Of a stretch of 64,000 nt of DNA, positions 1 to 11,099 are shown piece by piece. Position 1 is the stretch's first letter. Every line of letters starts with the position of its first letter. The translations under genes were made by a program, and so were the position numbers. Under the pieces are notes generated by a model, which saw only the letters and a program-made list of their open reading frames with translations, did no database searches and had not been told where the DNA came from. This DNA is from Laetmonice hystrix (lineage: Eukaryota): contig OZ249440.1 in the NCBI GenBank assembly GCA_965235115.1, positions 35,404,001 to 35,468,000 on the forward strand. The letters run 5' to 3'.

Positions 1-1277
1 TTTTTAAATCTTACATAGGAGAGCTGAATAAAACACTAGGCTACTACTGATTGTTGGCTGTGGAGTTCAAGAGACACGGCAAACTTTTGGCCAGCTGCAC
101 TTGGTTTCAGCGTGAGCCAACAGCCTGGTGTGGATGGCATTCGCACCTATTGTTCTTGAGTCTGTGATATTTGTCATGATGCCCGTAACGGGTATAATCC
201 ATATAATCCATCAGGACTATAATATTTCATAATGTCAAAAGAATACTTAGTAACTTCCATGTGAATAGAAATGACGCTATTGTTGGGACAATAATTAAAT
301 GAGAGAAAAATATAGGTAATGATAGAAAACCATTCGGGAAATGGGACCTACCTGTATTGCTTGGCAATCAGAGTCTCTAGATATAATTACGATTTTAATG
401 TATCCTTCCACAATGATTAATATATCAAAATAGGTAGATATACCATGCAGTAGATCTCTATGATCCCTTTCGACATGTCAGGGGCGTATCTGCACTCTTT
501 CTTTTTAAAGAATTGACATTATTGTTAGGCTAGGTCTAAATACAGCCACGTATCTAGGATTTTCAGCAGGGTGGTCGCCGAAATGTTTTTTTTTTTAAAT
601 TAGAAGCCTTTTATGGACCCATTTAGTGCACTATATTTTGTGTAGGCCTATTCATCACTCAACCAGTTTAAATTGGCAGAATGCTTTGCACCTGTTCGTT
701 CGATGGTGTCCCGCTGAATCTAAGGAAAAATGAATCTATGCTCTGGGGGAGCAGGAGAGGGGGTCCAACCCCCGGACCCCTACATGCGCCTGAAATACTT
801 TGAGAAACTTCACATCTAGCTCCAGAAGTAACGTTCTTTGACTTTCTAAATTCAAGTCCCCCCCCCCCCCCCCCCGCGCCCATGTTCGCCTTGCACCTTT
901 GGTGCCCCTCCTTTCTTGCGGTACTGGATCTGAGCCTGCATGAAAGCAGGATCATGACGTATGAGATTATAATGATATTAACATTATTTTCCTAAGCCTC
1001 CAACTCGTAAACGGTGAAAGATTGAGCCATGGTTACTATTGAACAGGAATAGGAAGTCGTATATCACGTGACTCCCCGGGGATGGGATCAATTGTGGTAT
1101 CGCCACAACGTGTCTAGTTTTTTATGGTTTCATGGAAATCAGTGCAGATCTAGAGCTTTTAGTAAGTAATCAGTGGTAGATCTAATTGTGGAAATGCAGA
1201 CATAGGATACGTAACAGTGTAGTCAAAGTAACAATATAAAATTAACACTGCCCTCCCTCCACTCAAATACCCTTGCC

Positions 1278-1837
1278 GGTGTCACATCGAAAAGTGACCC
1301 CCGTGGTAAATTGACCCCCGGGTCACTTTTCCACAGTGGAAAAGTGACCCTCCTTGTGGTAATCTGACCATCAAGGAAAAGTTTAGACATTTCTTGTTCT
1401 GTTTATTTTTTATATTTATGGAAAGGATACAAAAGGATGTTTTTGTTCACATGTCGTACTCAATTTGTCAATCTGCGCAATTTGCAAATAGTGTTATTTC
1501 AAATAGACCTAACCCTAAACTTACCTTAACCCTAACCGAGGGGCGTACAGGTAGCACCCGTATCTGCTGGTTTGCCCTTTTAAATTTGCGCAAGTTGCGA
1601 AAGTGAGTACTGCTGAACAGGTGTCAAAACTATTGAAAAATACCAAGAAGCAGGAAAATGACGATAGATTCCAATGTAAAGACGTTATGCCTAATAACTA
1701 TGTTATTCAACCTGGGTCATTTTTCCACAGGGGAGGTCACTTTTCCACTGTGGTAAAAGGACCCGGGGGTCGATTTACAACGTGGTAAATTGACCCCCGG
1801 GTCACTTTACCACGGGGTCACTTTACCACATCACACC
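1278..1837. mobile_element. Non-autonomous TIR element (MITE-like) with subterminal repeats
   Basis: Imperfect inverted ends GGTGTCAC..AAAGTGACCCCCGTGGTAAA / TTTACCACGGGGTCACTTTACCACATCACACC; repeated GTGACCC/GGGTCAC motifs; internal CCTAACCC tract; no coding capacity. Confidence 0.6.
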
Positions 1838-1849
1838 TGGTTCTTAATC

Positions 1850-2320
1850 TGGAGAACGATTATGTCTTCTCTTGAAGCTTCAGCTAGAGAAATTCCGGTT
1901 TCTAGTTCTTTAATTGCATCCGCTTTGTTACCGGTAGGGGGCCTATAGCAAACGCTGACAGTAGTTCTCTTAAAGGTGGGGGATCTAATTTTAATCCACA
2001 GTTGTTCGAGGTTTTCAGTAATTATTGAGGCATCCTCTAAAATACTGCGAAAATTTCTTTGATATATATATTGCTAGCCCTCCCCCAGTTTTTTTAATGT
2101 TGCTGCCACGTTCGCCTACTCGATCTAACCTGAAAAGGGTGAAATCAGGCAGGGCTACCATTTGTTCAGAATAGTCAGAATGAAGCCATGTTTCACTAAC
2201 TGCTATAATATCAAACGCTCCCAGGCTTGCATACACTTCTCCAAGTTTCTTATACAAACTGCGGGCGTTTACATGTACCACTTTGAATCCTCTCGTATTA
2301 AGGTAATTTGTATCTGCCAT
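1850..2320 (-). pseudogene. Apurinic-like endonuclease (EEP) N-terminus of LINE ORF2, frameshifted near 2040 and truncated
   Basis: HVNARSL, IAVSETWL, RLDR..GGGLAIY; after the frameshift the alternate frame reads ENLEQLWIKI..VCYRPP..DIIVL and breaks off just before the expected GDFN. Confidence 0.85.
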
Positions 2321-3060
2321 AGATGAATTTATATATGTTGATATTTCCGGTGACATAAGCAAATGGTATGGGTGTGATGGTGGTGCGTAGAACAAAACTG
2401 ATACGGTGTAATATGTACATGGTGAGTTTGACGCAGCTAATAACGCGGGGCAAACTGATGAGTAATTACCACTGAGTCACTAAGGGTCTGTGGTAATTAG
2501 CAACAATGTACATTATATACAGTTAGTCGCTGGGTGGTTCAGCTACTCCATAGCGAGAATATATATACGTGACACACATCTTGTCTACCTTGTCCCTGCT
2601 ACCAACTACCATGTGATAGTAGGTGGAGTAATAATAGTAAGTACTTGTAGACACTACAATATTAACCGTTCCTATCAATTTATGGACATCGATAGATGAC
2701 AAATTTAAAAATGTGCATGATATTGTGCAATGTTATTAGGCAAGGGCGAATATCCACCTTTTAGAAAGTCAGTATGAAACAGTCAGTACTTCCCTTCAGG
2801 TGTTCTCGTTGTATCCCTTTTGTTGAGTGCATACTTGGAGTTAATGCACATGCGGGGAAGAATAATTACACGCGAAGAAACCTGGGCGGCATGGCCACTG
2901 CAGGTAATCAACGTGTTCAACTAGGCCCTTCTCCAATACACCTACTCCGTTGCAGTCATACTTTGATATTACGTATAAGAACACCGTCTGTGGGAATTGT
3001 GGTTTGACATCGGACCTGGGCGGCATAGCGACTGCAGGTCTGGTTGAGTCAGCAGAGTCA

Positions 3061-3705
3061 TCAAACAAAGTCATGCAGCCCATTGTTGTCGTGCTTTGTG
3101 ACTACCTTGGCAATCTCACTGGCCCAGTCGTGCAATGTCTCTGTTGTCGGGTGGCAGCCGTCCCATAACTTGTTATAGTGGTGGCGATGTTTGCGTCCTT
3201 TTTTGGGGGTCTTGTGTATCTTGGAAGTCAGGCGAGGAGTTTCAAAATCCCGTTTTGCGTTTAGTTCTATAATAAATTTGTTGACGTCCACAATTGCTTC
3301 ATTTAAGGCTGTCTGTTTAAGTTGGCAGTAGGTTCCTTTATTGTATTTGCCTATGTGAACCCCTGCAATCGGCATGAATACCAGGTCTGTCGCTTTGAAT
3401 GATGTGTGAACCGTCTTCATACAGTTTCTTAGGCATTGGCTCACATGTTCTGAAACCTCCTCTTTGGTATCGAATGGTAGATATATCTCTTTCTTCCCGG
3501 CAATCTTTGAAGTTATACTACATATGCCGCCCATAACATATACAAGTCGTGAGGGCGAGTGCCTTAGGTATGCCGTGATTCTGTTAGCTAGAACGTCTAG
3601 GCCAGCTCCAGGGAAAACGATTACCCGAATGTCTTTGTCGGTGAGCTTCTTGAGTAGCGGTTCCAGGCCGCGCCCTCTAGAGTCGGTGAAGACTGGGATA
3701 ACCAT
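3061..3705 (-). CDS. SGNH/GDSL-like hydrolase (retrotransposon esterase-type ORF)
   Basis: Block I VFTDSRG, block II FPGAG, block III GGICS (atypical), block V DGCHP; open frame, ATG at 3705. Confidence 0.75.
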   Translation of the reverse strand: MVIPVFTDSRGRGLEPLLKKLTDKDIRVIVFPGAGLDVLANRITAYLRHSPSRLVYVMGGICSITSKIAGKKEIYLPFDTKEEVSEHVSQCLRNCMKTVHTSFKATDLVFMPIAGVHIGKYNKGTYCQLKQTALNEAIVDVNKFIIELNAKRDFETPRLTSKIHKTPKKGRKHRHHYNKLWDGCHPTTETLHDWASEIAKVVTKHDNNGLHDFV

Positions 3706-3721
3706 ATTGCTAGTATGATCC

Positions 3722-4482
3722 TTATAACTCACACTGTCGTTCGCGTTTAATGTCCTCCCTCACGGTAACGAGTAGTTTGCCCAAGTGGTTGTGACCATTC
3801 CAGTTACCTTCCGCCAGTCTGTGGCTTGTCAATGAGCACCCAGTTCCCCAGTACGGATCAGTCGTGGCCTCAATCAGGTCACGTGGTGAGGTCTTGATCA
3901 GCTGTTCGGCTAGTTCTTTGCTTTGTCTGAACTTCGCATTTATAATGGCCAGCATTCTATCCAGTTTCAGCCTCATCCAGTCGTGTGACGTTTTGACTTT
4001 GGCACCAAGATTCTTTGCGGCTAGAGGATCAGAGGATCCTAAGATTTGCTTAGCCACCTCATAGTCTTTACATATGGTCGCCTTTGAGTGCTGGTACGCG
4101 TGTTCAGATGTTGCAAACACGTGGCCGTCAATTCTAACATTAGCTGGATAAAAGTTACTTAAGAAGGATTTTGCTGAGAAAAAGGCCAATCCTCTTTTAG
4201 TCAGCTTCATTCCAGTCAGTTCGACTCCGCTTTCAGCCTGTGCAGGTGTAGCTTTTCTCGTTTCTTGATTCAGGGCTTGAGTGTATTTTTGTGGAATGCG
4301 GTCAGTGTCATGAAGTGTATACTTCTCTTGGTTAATAATAATGTGGTCGTACTTTTGGGAAACCTCCGCACCGTCACGTCTGGCCAAGTATGCCGCCTTC
4401 CTCAGTATTGCCCGCTTTATCCGCACTTCCTTTGCTTCATCTAGATTGATCCAAACATCCTTATAATCAGCGGTGTTCCCTA
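3722..4482 (-). CDS. LINE ORF1 C-terminal domain fused to NADAR (YbiA-like) domain, 5'-truncated
   Basis: NADAR motifs FLSNFY, TSEHAYQ..KA, P..AK.LG, AKFRQ..L..QL..T, IEATTDPYWGTG, G.NHLGKLL..VR. The frame extends upstream of the listed start as KDVWINLDEAKEVRIKRAILRK, resembling the Transposase_22/L1-ORF1-type C-terminal domain. Confidence 0.85.
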
Positions 4483-5066
4483 TGGACCCTTATTGTTCTG
4501 CTGTCTGGACTCTGCTGTATTTGGCAATTTACATCACTTGGGCACCCCACAACTTTATATGGCCCCGACCAACCCTTACAAAGCTTGGTATTGAACTTTT
4601 TTCCAACTGCAAATAAGCAACACAAAGTCAATGTGTCAAATACGTTAAATCAATTTATTAATATTAATTTCGACTATTCTTACTCTTTACTTACGGCTAA
4701 TTATATGGGAGCACGTCCAAAATGCTCACAAGAAAATGTTCTGTCATGCAGTTGACTATGTAACGGAGAGGATTTTGGTATCATTGGTATCAATGAAATT
4801 GAAATAAATGTGGTTCAAAAACATTCTATGTGATCTCTTTCACATGCCATTTTGTGGTGACCAGTTTCTATGGTTACTTCTGCTTTTATAGATGTAACGG
4901 AGCTGATGGATGAATAAAGCTATAATTTGTTTCTCCACTTTGGTTTAAAATTTATTTTGAAAGATTCTTCAAGACAGAAGGTGAACCATGCATCTTTAGG
5001 TTCATCTCAGAAAACAAATCATTTGATTGGTTCCTTAATTACCTCTAATATACAGCAATAGCTCGA

Positions 5067-5288
5067 GGAATGGCCTCGTTTCATCATTGTTGAATCGGCA
5101 GAAGCTGAACGACCAATATCTAAGCTATCCCCTTTTGCCATACATAAAGGCATATTGGGGATAGCTGGAACAGTCAAATATTGTAAACGTTTGAGATCTG
5201 GCCAACAGTTACTGTTGGTAGAGTGTGCCACGAAGGTCCAATCTGCGAACCTGCTGAGTGCCACAGTACTCGCAGCTTACAGTATTAA
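5067..5288 (+). pseudogene. I-group LINE ORF1 fragment (left part)
   Basis: Near-identical to ~11186-11402; continues at 7628 after an inserted TIR element. Confidence 0.9.
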
Positions 5289-7627
5289 GTGTCATTGCAT
5301 GGATAGACCATGCAGAGGGTGATAACCCGGGGGTCGGCCGATTTCAATGAAATTTGGTGGACATGTGCACTTGACCAACTTATGAAAGAATGTATGCTAG
5401 CAGCCAAATCCATTCGGTTCTTTCCGAGTAAATGCCAAAAATTTATTTGGAGGTCTCTGGAGGCCATTTTCCAAGGATTTTCAAGGGGTTATTTCGGGTG
5501 GCCCTCAACAGAAAACGGTAGAAGCTACAACATTGCCCCTTTGAAAGCCGCTTCCCCATCATATGGCCCACTAAATGGCAGAAAATCATAAAAATATTTC
5601 TTTAAGTCTTGGAGATAGGGGGCAAAGTATTGCCCCTACCCACAACGTGGTATTATCTTAAGGCATCTTCAGGGTCCAATATCTCAACGGCGGCAGGGAT
5701 CTGGATGTTGAAACTTTGTGGAAATATTGCCAGTATCATGGTCTTTCAAAATCAGAAAGAAAAAGTTTGGGCGCTACTGCCATTTTTGAATGGTAGCCGT
5801 GGACATTATAACGATTTTACGGCACTTTGCAGTGCTGCCCTCTAGCGTTAATGTGTAGAACTACAGGCCCCTAGCGGTAATGTGTAGATATACAGCCCCA
5901 AGAAAAATCTGGTTTCAGGCCGAACAAAATGTTTATTTTTTATCTAAACCCAGTGGCGTATCCATGGGGGGTTCCAAGTATCCCGGACCCCCCCCCCCTT
6001 AAAAATTAGGCCTACTAGGCCTATGTTAAGGACATTTTGGTAAACAGAGGGGGTGTAAAATGCATCATTTTAACCAAAGGAAACCTTCATATTTCCACAC
6101 AAGATGTCCTGAGATTGCATTATTTGATGCCTTTTTGTTAAATTTCCTAGAGGAGCATGGCCTAGTAATGGCCATTTCGGCTCAAGTACCTAAATTTCGG
6201 AAACCCCCCTTTAAAAAATTCTGGATCCGCTACTGAAACCAGTGGCCGAAATATCACGTTTTTCAGGCTATGACGCACCAGGACAAAATCAGGGCCGATC
6301 AGGTTCCGATAGCCTAAAGCAGTAGGCCTACTAAACTTAGTCTAAAGCCGGTGATCGGGCGCAGTACCAGTGCCACTTCTTGTCGACGTCGAAGCATAGA
6401 CTCTAGCAACTCCCGATCCCCCCCCCCCCGAATTAATATCAAAAGTTATTTGATAGGCCTCCTAACCCAAACGGTAACAGGTCAACCCACACCCAGGCGA
6501 CTCGCCCTGTCAACTCGCACCTCACCGCGGGCCGCCCATCGGTGGGCGGGCCTTGGCCACTGCATCTCCCGGCGTACCGTCACTGCGTCAGCCACATGCC
6601 CGCCAGTGCCAGTGGACTAGCGGAGGCCAACGTGACTGATTCGCTTAGGGAGGCCTATCAAACCTACATCACCTCTCGTCGCCTCAACTAAATCGAATTT
6701 GACTTCAATAAAATCAATACGACCCTGACTAAATCTCAAATCGGCTTTGGATCTGCGTGGAGACAAGGGGTCAGCGGCCAAACGGGAGCTTCGTAGCCAA
6801 ACAACACCTCCCGGAAGCGAACGTTCTGTTCTCCCCGTACTAGAGAGTTCCACTAATCGACCCAACACTGGCGATCCCCGAACCGGAGAATTAGAAGGCA
6901 TTCAGTTCAAGAGAAAGAAAGTTACAAGTGATGAAATTCATGACATTTATAATATTTGTCAAAGGCAAACAAAAACTCCCCCATGTATTCGGAGTGGTCG
7001 TTGTGGTGTCGGCCCTTTCGTTCAACATGCCCCCTGGCGACAGTTTCTGCCACTAGCCGTTATAGCTGAAAACCAGGGATGATCACGGCGCTCAGTAAAA
7101 AAAGTGAAAGGAGCGCCCAAACTTTTTATTGTTTTGAATGAAAGACCTACACTTGATGTCACTTATGGGCAAAAATAATTGTCCCAATCCCTGTCGCAGT
7201 GGAGATATCACAGTGTGAAAATGGTGTACTTTTCAATATTTGGGCTCTTTGGGGGGACAGTGCAATTTTAAGGGACATAATACCTTCAATTCCAGGATTT
7301 TCAGAAAAAAACTTTAATACGAGAAGATGGCATAAGACCTCTACTTTAATATCCCTATAAGTAATATGTGGTCCTTTGGCTAGGAAAGGAATGAAAAATC
7401 GACAAAATTGGCCATTTTGTAAAAAAAAATCCTCCTTTTTTTAAGGGAAATGAATAGAAACGGTTAATGCCCCCTAAATCTTGAACAATGTGATTATTCG
7501 CCGAATGGCTTTACCTGCCCTAACCCTACCCCAAGACCAAACTTTGGTGCAAATTTGAGCCCAATCCGTTATCCAGTGGGTTATCACTTCCTGCAGATTT
7601 TTGCATGGTCCACTCATGCAATGACAC
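5289..7627. mobile_element. Non-autonomous DNA transposon, TIR GTGTCATTGCATG, TTAA (or TA) target duplication
   Basis: Uninterrupted I-element reads CAGTATTAAGGCC; here TTAA-GTGTCATTGCATG...CATGCAATGACAC-TTAA. Confidence 0.85.
5951..6235. mobile_element. Nested MITE (CAGTGGCGTATCCA...TGGATCCGCTACTG)
   Basis: Imperfect TIRs flanked by AAACC direct repeat (5946-5950, 6236-6240). Confidence 0.7.
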
Positions 7628-7920
7628 TTAAGGCCTCTCGTCACCGGACGCTCAACTCCAGCAAGGGTGTTATTAGAACAAACTCTATTGACACCACAAC
7701 TGAACAGGAGATCCTTGCTGGGTTGAGCTGGCAAGGTGTGTCGGAAGTCAGAAGATTGATAGTGAAACAAGATGGTAACACCATCAAGACACACACATAT
7801 TTTCTGACATTCGACAGGCCCACTCTACCAGATGAACTCGAGATTGGCTTTCTAAAGGTAAAAGTCGATCCCTATATCCCAAATCCTCTGCGTTGCTTTA
7901 AGTGCCAGAGGTTTGGGCAT
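7628..7920 (+). pseudogene. I-group LINE ORF1 fragment (right part)
   Basis: KASRHRTLNSSKG...LRCFKCQRFGH, matches ~11398-11690. Confidence 0.9.
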
Positions 7921-7989
7921 ATATGTAGCTGCCTGGAGGAAGATGACAGCCAGAGGTAGAATTGTAGGCAGAACAAGGTGGGCCACCCC

Positions 7990-9420
7990 GAAGCAGGTCT
8001 TGGTTCATGTCATTGGTTTCCCCTTTATTTGAGACACCAGTTGACAGAGTAGGGGTAGAGTTTTCTTGCAGATGGGCACTGTCACTCATGCATGGCAGCA
8101 TGCACCCTTGACAGAGACATTCTCAGCAACTGAATGTGGTGATAGTCACGCCATCCACCTTTCAGACGATTTGCAGCCACCTGGCTAAACACCTCCTTTG
8201 ACCATCTACACACACCAGAAGGCCAATCAAATTCACGAGCATCTTCTAGTACTTCATTTATATGAACTACAAGGGCTGATTTGGACTCCTCTTCTAAAAT
8301 TCTGAATATCCCCCAAAGGTGTTCTGCGAGCGAGACAGTATTTATTGTTGCTCACTTCTTTTCTGGACCTCTTGAGTATACATGTACTTAAAGGGGAACG
8401 TGCCAGGAGTTACATTACCTCGTGTGCTGGCAAGCTGGTGAGCCGTTGTTTGAAGGATTTCCTTCACCTGAGTGTCAATCTCGGTGTCATGTATAAAATC
8501 CGTCGTCAATCTTAGGAGAAGTGTTGAACGCTGCTTAGGTCTGTCAGGGCCTATGATGTAGTTTGCGGCTGCATGTGTGGGACCATTGCTGCTGCTCTCA
8601 CACATAGCTTCACGCTGTGACACGAATGAAGGGGTTGGCGATGTACCTCCATCTCTAACTTCCGTATACTGTGAAGATGGCCCCCTTTTGCTTCGAGTGA
8701 ATGAAGAATAGCGGTGTGACGTTGAACTAGCAGCTAGGCGACGATGCTCACTAGCAGCACTGTCACTCAGCGGGCGTGACCTACTTGTTGTTGGTGACGG
8801 GTCTGCATGACGTGCCAGCATGGCAGCAAACTTTTCTTCCAAGCGAGCGAAGCATGTTTCAAATGAAGCAGTGAGTCGCTTCTCTACTTCAGTAATGGAA
8901 AGTTCATCATAACCAGGGTCATCCCTGGGTTCTGCTTCTTGGCCAGACGGCCTTTTGCGTACCTTCCCCATACTTTCAGCTGGAACTTCGATGATTACAG
9001 AAACAAAATTTGCCACACGTCCGCCCGTCCGTGGAACTGGAAGGCCAGCCGCACTCTGGTGCCGATAGGTGGCAGCACGATCCCCCGATGCCACCTCAAT
9101 TACTGCATAATTTACCAATTATGCCCATTGGCGTGCAGGTTGCCAAATCTCGACTGCACAAATTCCACAAGCCACTTTCCGACGTGCCATGCTTCATTGT
9201 ATGAAATTCTGACTCGAGTCCAAAGTAGTCCAAAAGTCGAACTGGTGCAGACAATGCCGGCGGTATTTAAGGCATCCCCGGCCAGCCATCAACCCTCAAC
9301 TAATCAGTGATTGGCTCTTCTCAAAACCCAGACAGACGGGCGCCAGCTGCAGGAGGCTATCATTACTGCAGCAAGCCAGCCCCCCCACCCCCACCCCACC
9401 CGGCCTATGTTAAAACAATG
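7990..9420 (-). mobile_element. Probable DIRS/Ngaro-like gag region, degenerate
   Basis: ORF 8342-9118, continued in another frame by EHLWGIFRIL..EDAREFDW..W helical segment; C-rich terminus-like tract at ~9370-9405. Confidence 0.4.
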
Positions 9421-9609
9421 CCCTCTAAACGTCAGCCAGATCGACGCCAAGGCAACAAAAGGGCTCTGACAAAGTCGGTCAGTCGGATTGTACCATCTTA
9501 AAGCAAAATCTTATGACGAGCTAAGGCACATTTTATGACTGACTTATATTCCTGGTTTTCCTAAGCAGTACTGTATAGTTTAGGACTCAGGCAGAGATTT
9601 AGGGTCAAA

Positions 9610-9910
9610 TTACCATGAGTGGGCCGGTTCTTCACACCAAATACTTTGACAAGCCGTTGTTTTGTTACTATCCAGACTATCCCATTAAGCTGCACATCAA
9701 ATTGTAGGGAGTTTTATCCTCTCGGTAATGAGTTTGGCTTACAGGAAGGATGATTAATCAATAATGTGTCATTTAGCGAGAAATTGAAGCTGTCAAAATC
9801 ACCATGACTGGACCAGGGGTAACCTGAAGTGGACCATATGGGTCACCATGAGTGGACCGGGGGGTCACCATGAGTGGACCGGGGGGTCACCATGGATGGA
9901 ATATGGGTCA
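9610..9910. repeat. Subterminal-type repeats ACCATGAGTGGACCGG
   Basis: Tandem ~22-bp units at 9841-9900 plus dispersed copies at 9612 and 9801. Confidence 0.6.
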
Positions 9911-10317
9911 GTCATCGTTAGTAAATTGTATGTAATGACCTACCTCTTAAAAGATATTAATGAGAAATCTGCATTGCCCTAGGTGCCACCAAGGCCCACA
10001 TTGTTTGACAAATTTATTTGCCCTACTGTGTATTTTTGAAGGTATCCTCAATAGGTACGTAAGACTAATAATTGTGTTTAACCTCAATGTTATAAAACAT
10101 TTAGTGAGTTGCCCTACCGTACTGCGGCAATCACTATTTCTAGATATGCTAGTTTTAATTATGAAAGTGGAAATAATATAAAATAAACCAACCTAAATGG
10201 CTTTTTAAACAACTTTATTTTCAGGTGTCTAACTCAAAAATGACATGACCTCGCCAATTTTATTTTCAGGTGTTTAAGTCAAAAGTGTTAATGATCTGTG
10301 AGATATTTTCCTCTCCT

Positions 10318-10586
10318 CTAATTGCCACAACCCTCACAAGTAAACCCTTCGCTGCTACATCTACCACTCTCTGTAGCACAAGTTTCGTGCCACCATTTTT
10401 GGCATGAGATGCATGTGATCCACTTGTTGTCCACAAGGGGTTCCTGTGGGTCTCCGTACGTCTGCCCACAAACGGTACAACGGTCATCAGATGAACTCCC
10501 AGGTTTTACTCCAGGCTGTTCAGCATTTTCTCTCTTCTTCTGATTATTTGGCTTCTTGTTTCGTTGCACATGTTCTTTTTTAGCAG
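10318..10586 (-). pseudogene. PHD-finger C-terminal fragment, probably of a pogo/DDE_1-like transposase
   Basis: CTVCG..WITCISCQKWWHETCA..FTCEGC after a basic linker; cut off upstream by the I element. Confidence 0.55.
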
Positions 10587-11099
10587 CCCCGTGGGGACCG
10601 GGGTAAGAATGTTCCCCAGCCCCCCCTGGCTGTTCGTAAGAGGCGAATAAATGGGGCGACTTGTTTGCCGTGAGTCACGACCCGTGTCGGTGGAGGAAGA
10701 GGTCCTGGTACCTGAGGACGGTGAATTGCTGCGGCTTTTCACAGGTCCAACACGGTGCTTTGGCTCCTACTTCACCTAGACGGGAGGTTGGAGAGGCCCC
10801 ATCCAATCAATCGGCTGGTCACGCCTTGCCCTAGGATTTTTTGTATTGAGTACCCTTATAGTGGATTTAATTCTCTAATACAATAGGCAACATCTATCGT
10901 AACTATTTCTTCTTTATTCCTAGAAGGCGGTGGCTTAGGGTCAATCAAGTAATGGCGACACCCTCTTTCGTTCCATTGCTTGAGTATACCAACCCTATAT
11001 CCTTGGTTTGCAACTGCTGGTTACCGCAGCTCTGCACTTCCCCTTGTTGGGCTCCGTGGAGGGTGGGGAATAGGGTTGGTGAAACACTCTAACACAAAC

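Larger units (their letters stand above)
1850..4482 (-). mobile_element. CR1/L2-group non-LTR retrotransposon fragment (ORF1-CTD+NADAR, SGNH ORF, ~740-nt spacer, APE start of ORF2), truncated at both ends
   Basis: Three co-oriented ORFs in LINE order; endonuclease motifs are of the CR1/L2 type. Confidence 0.75.

Noticed and set aside
10612..10657. Canonical HDV-like ribozyme (CCCCAGCC..CTGGC resembles HDV P2-P3)
   Set aside because: No upstream P1 strand, no P1.1 GG or P4 in the required order; kept only as an unclassified structure
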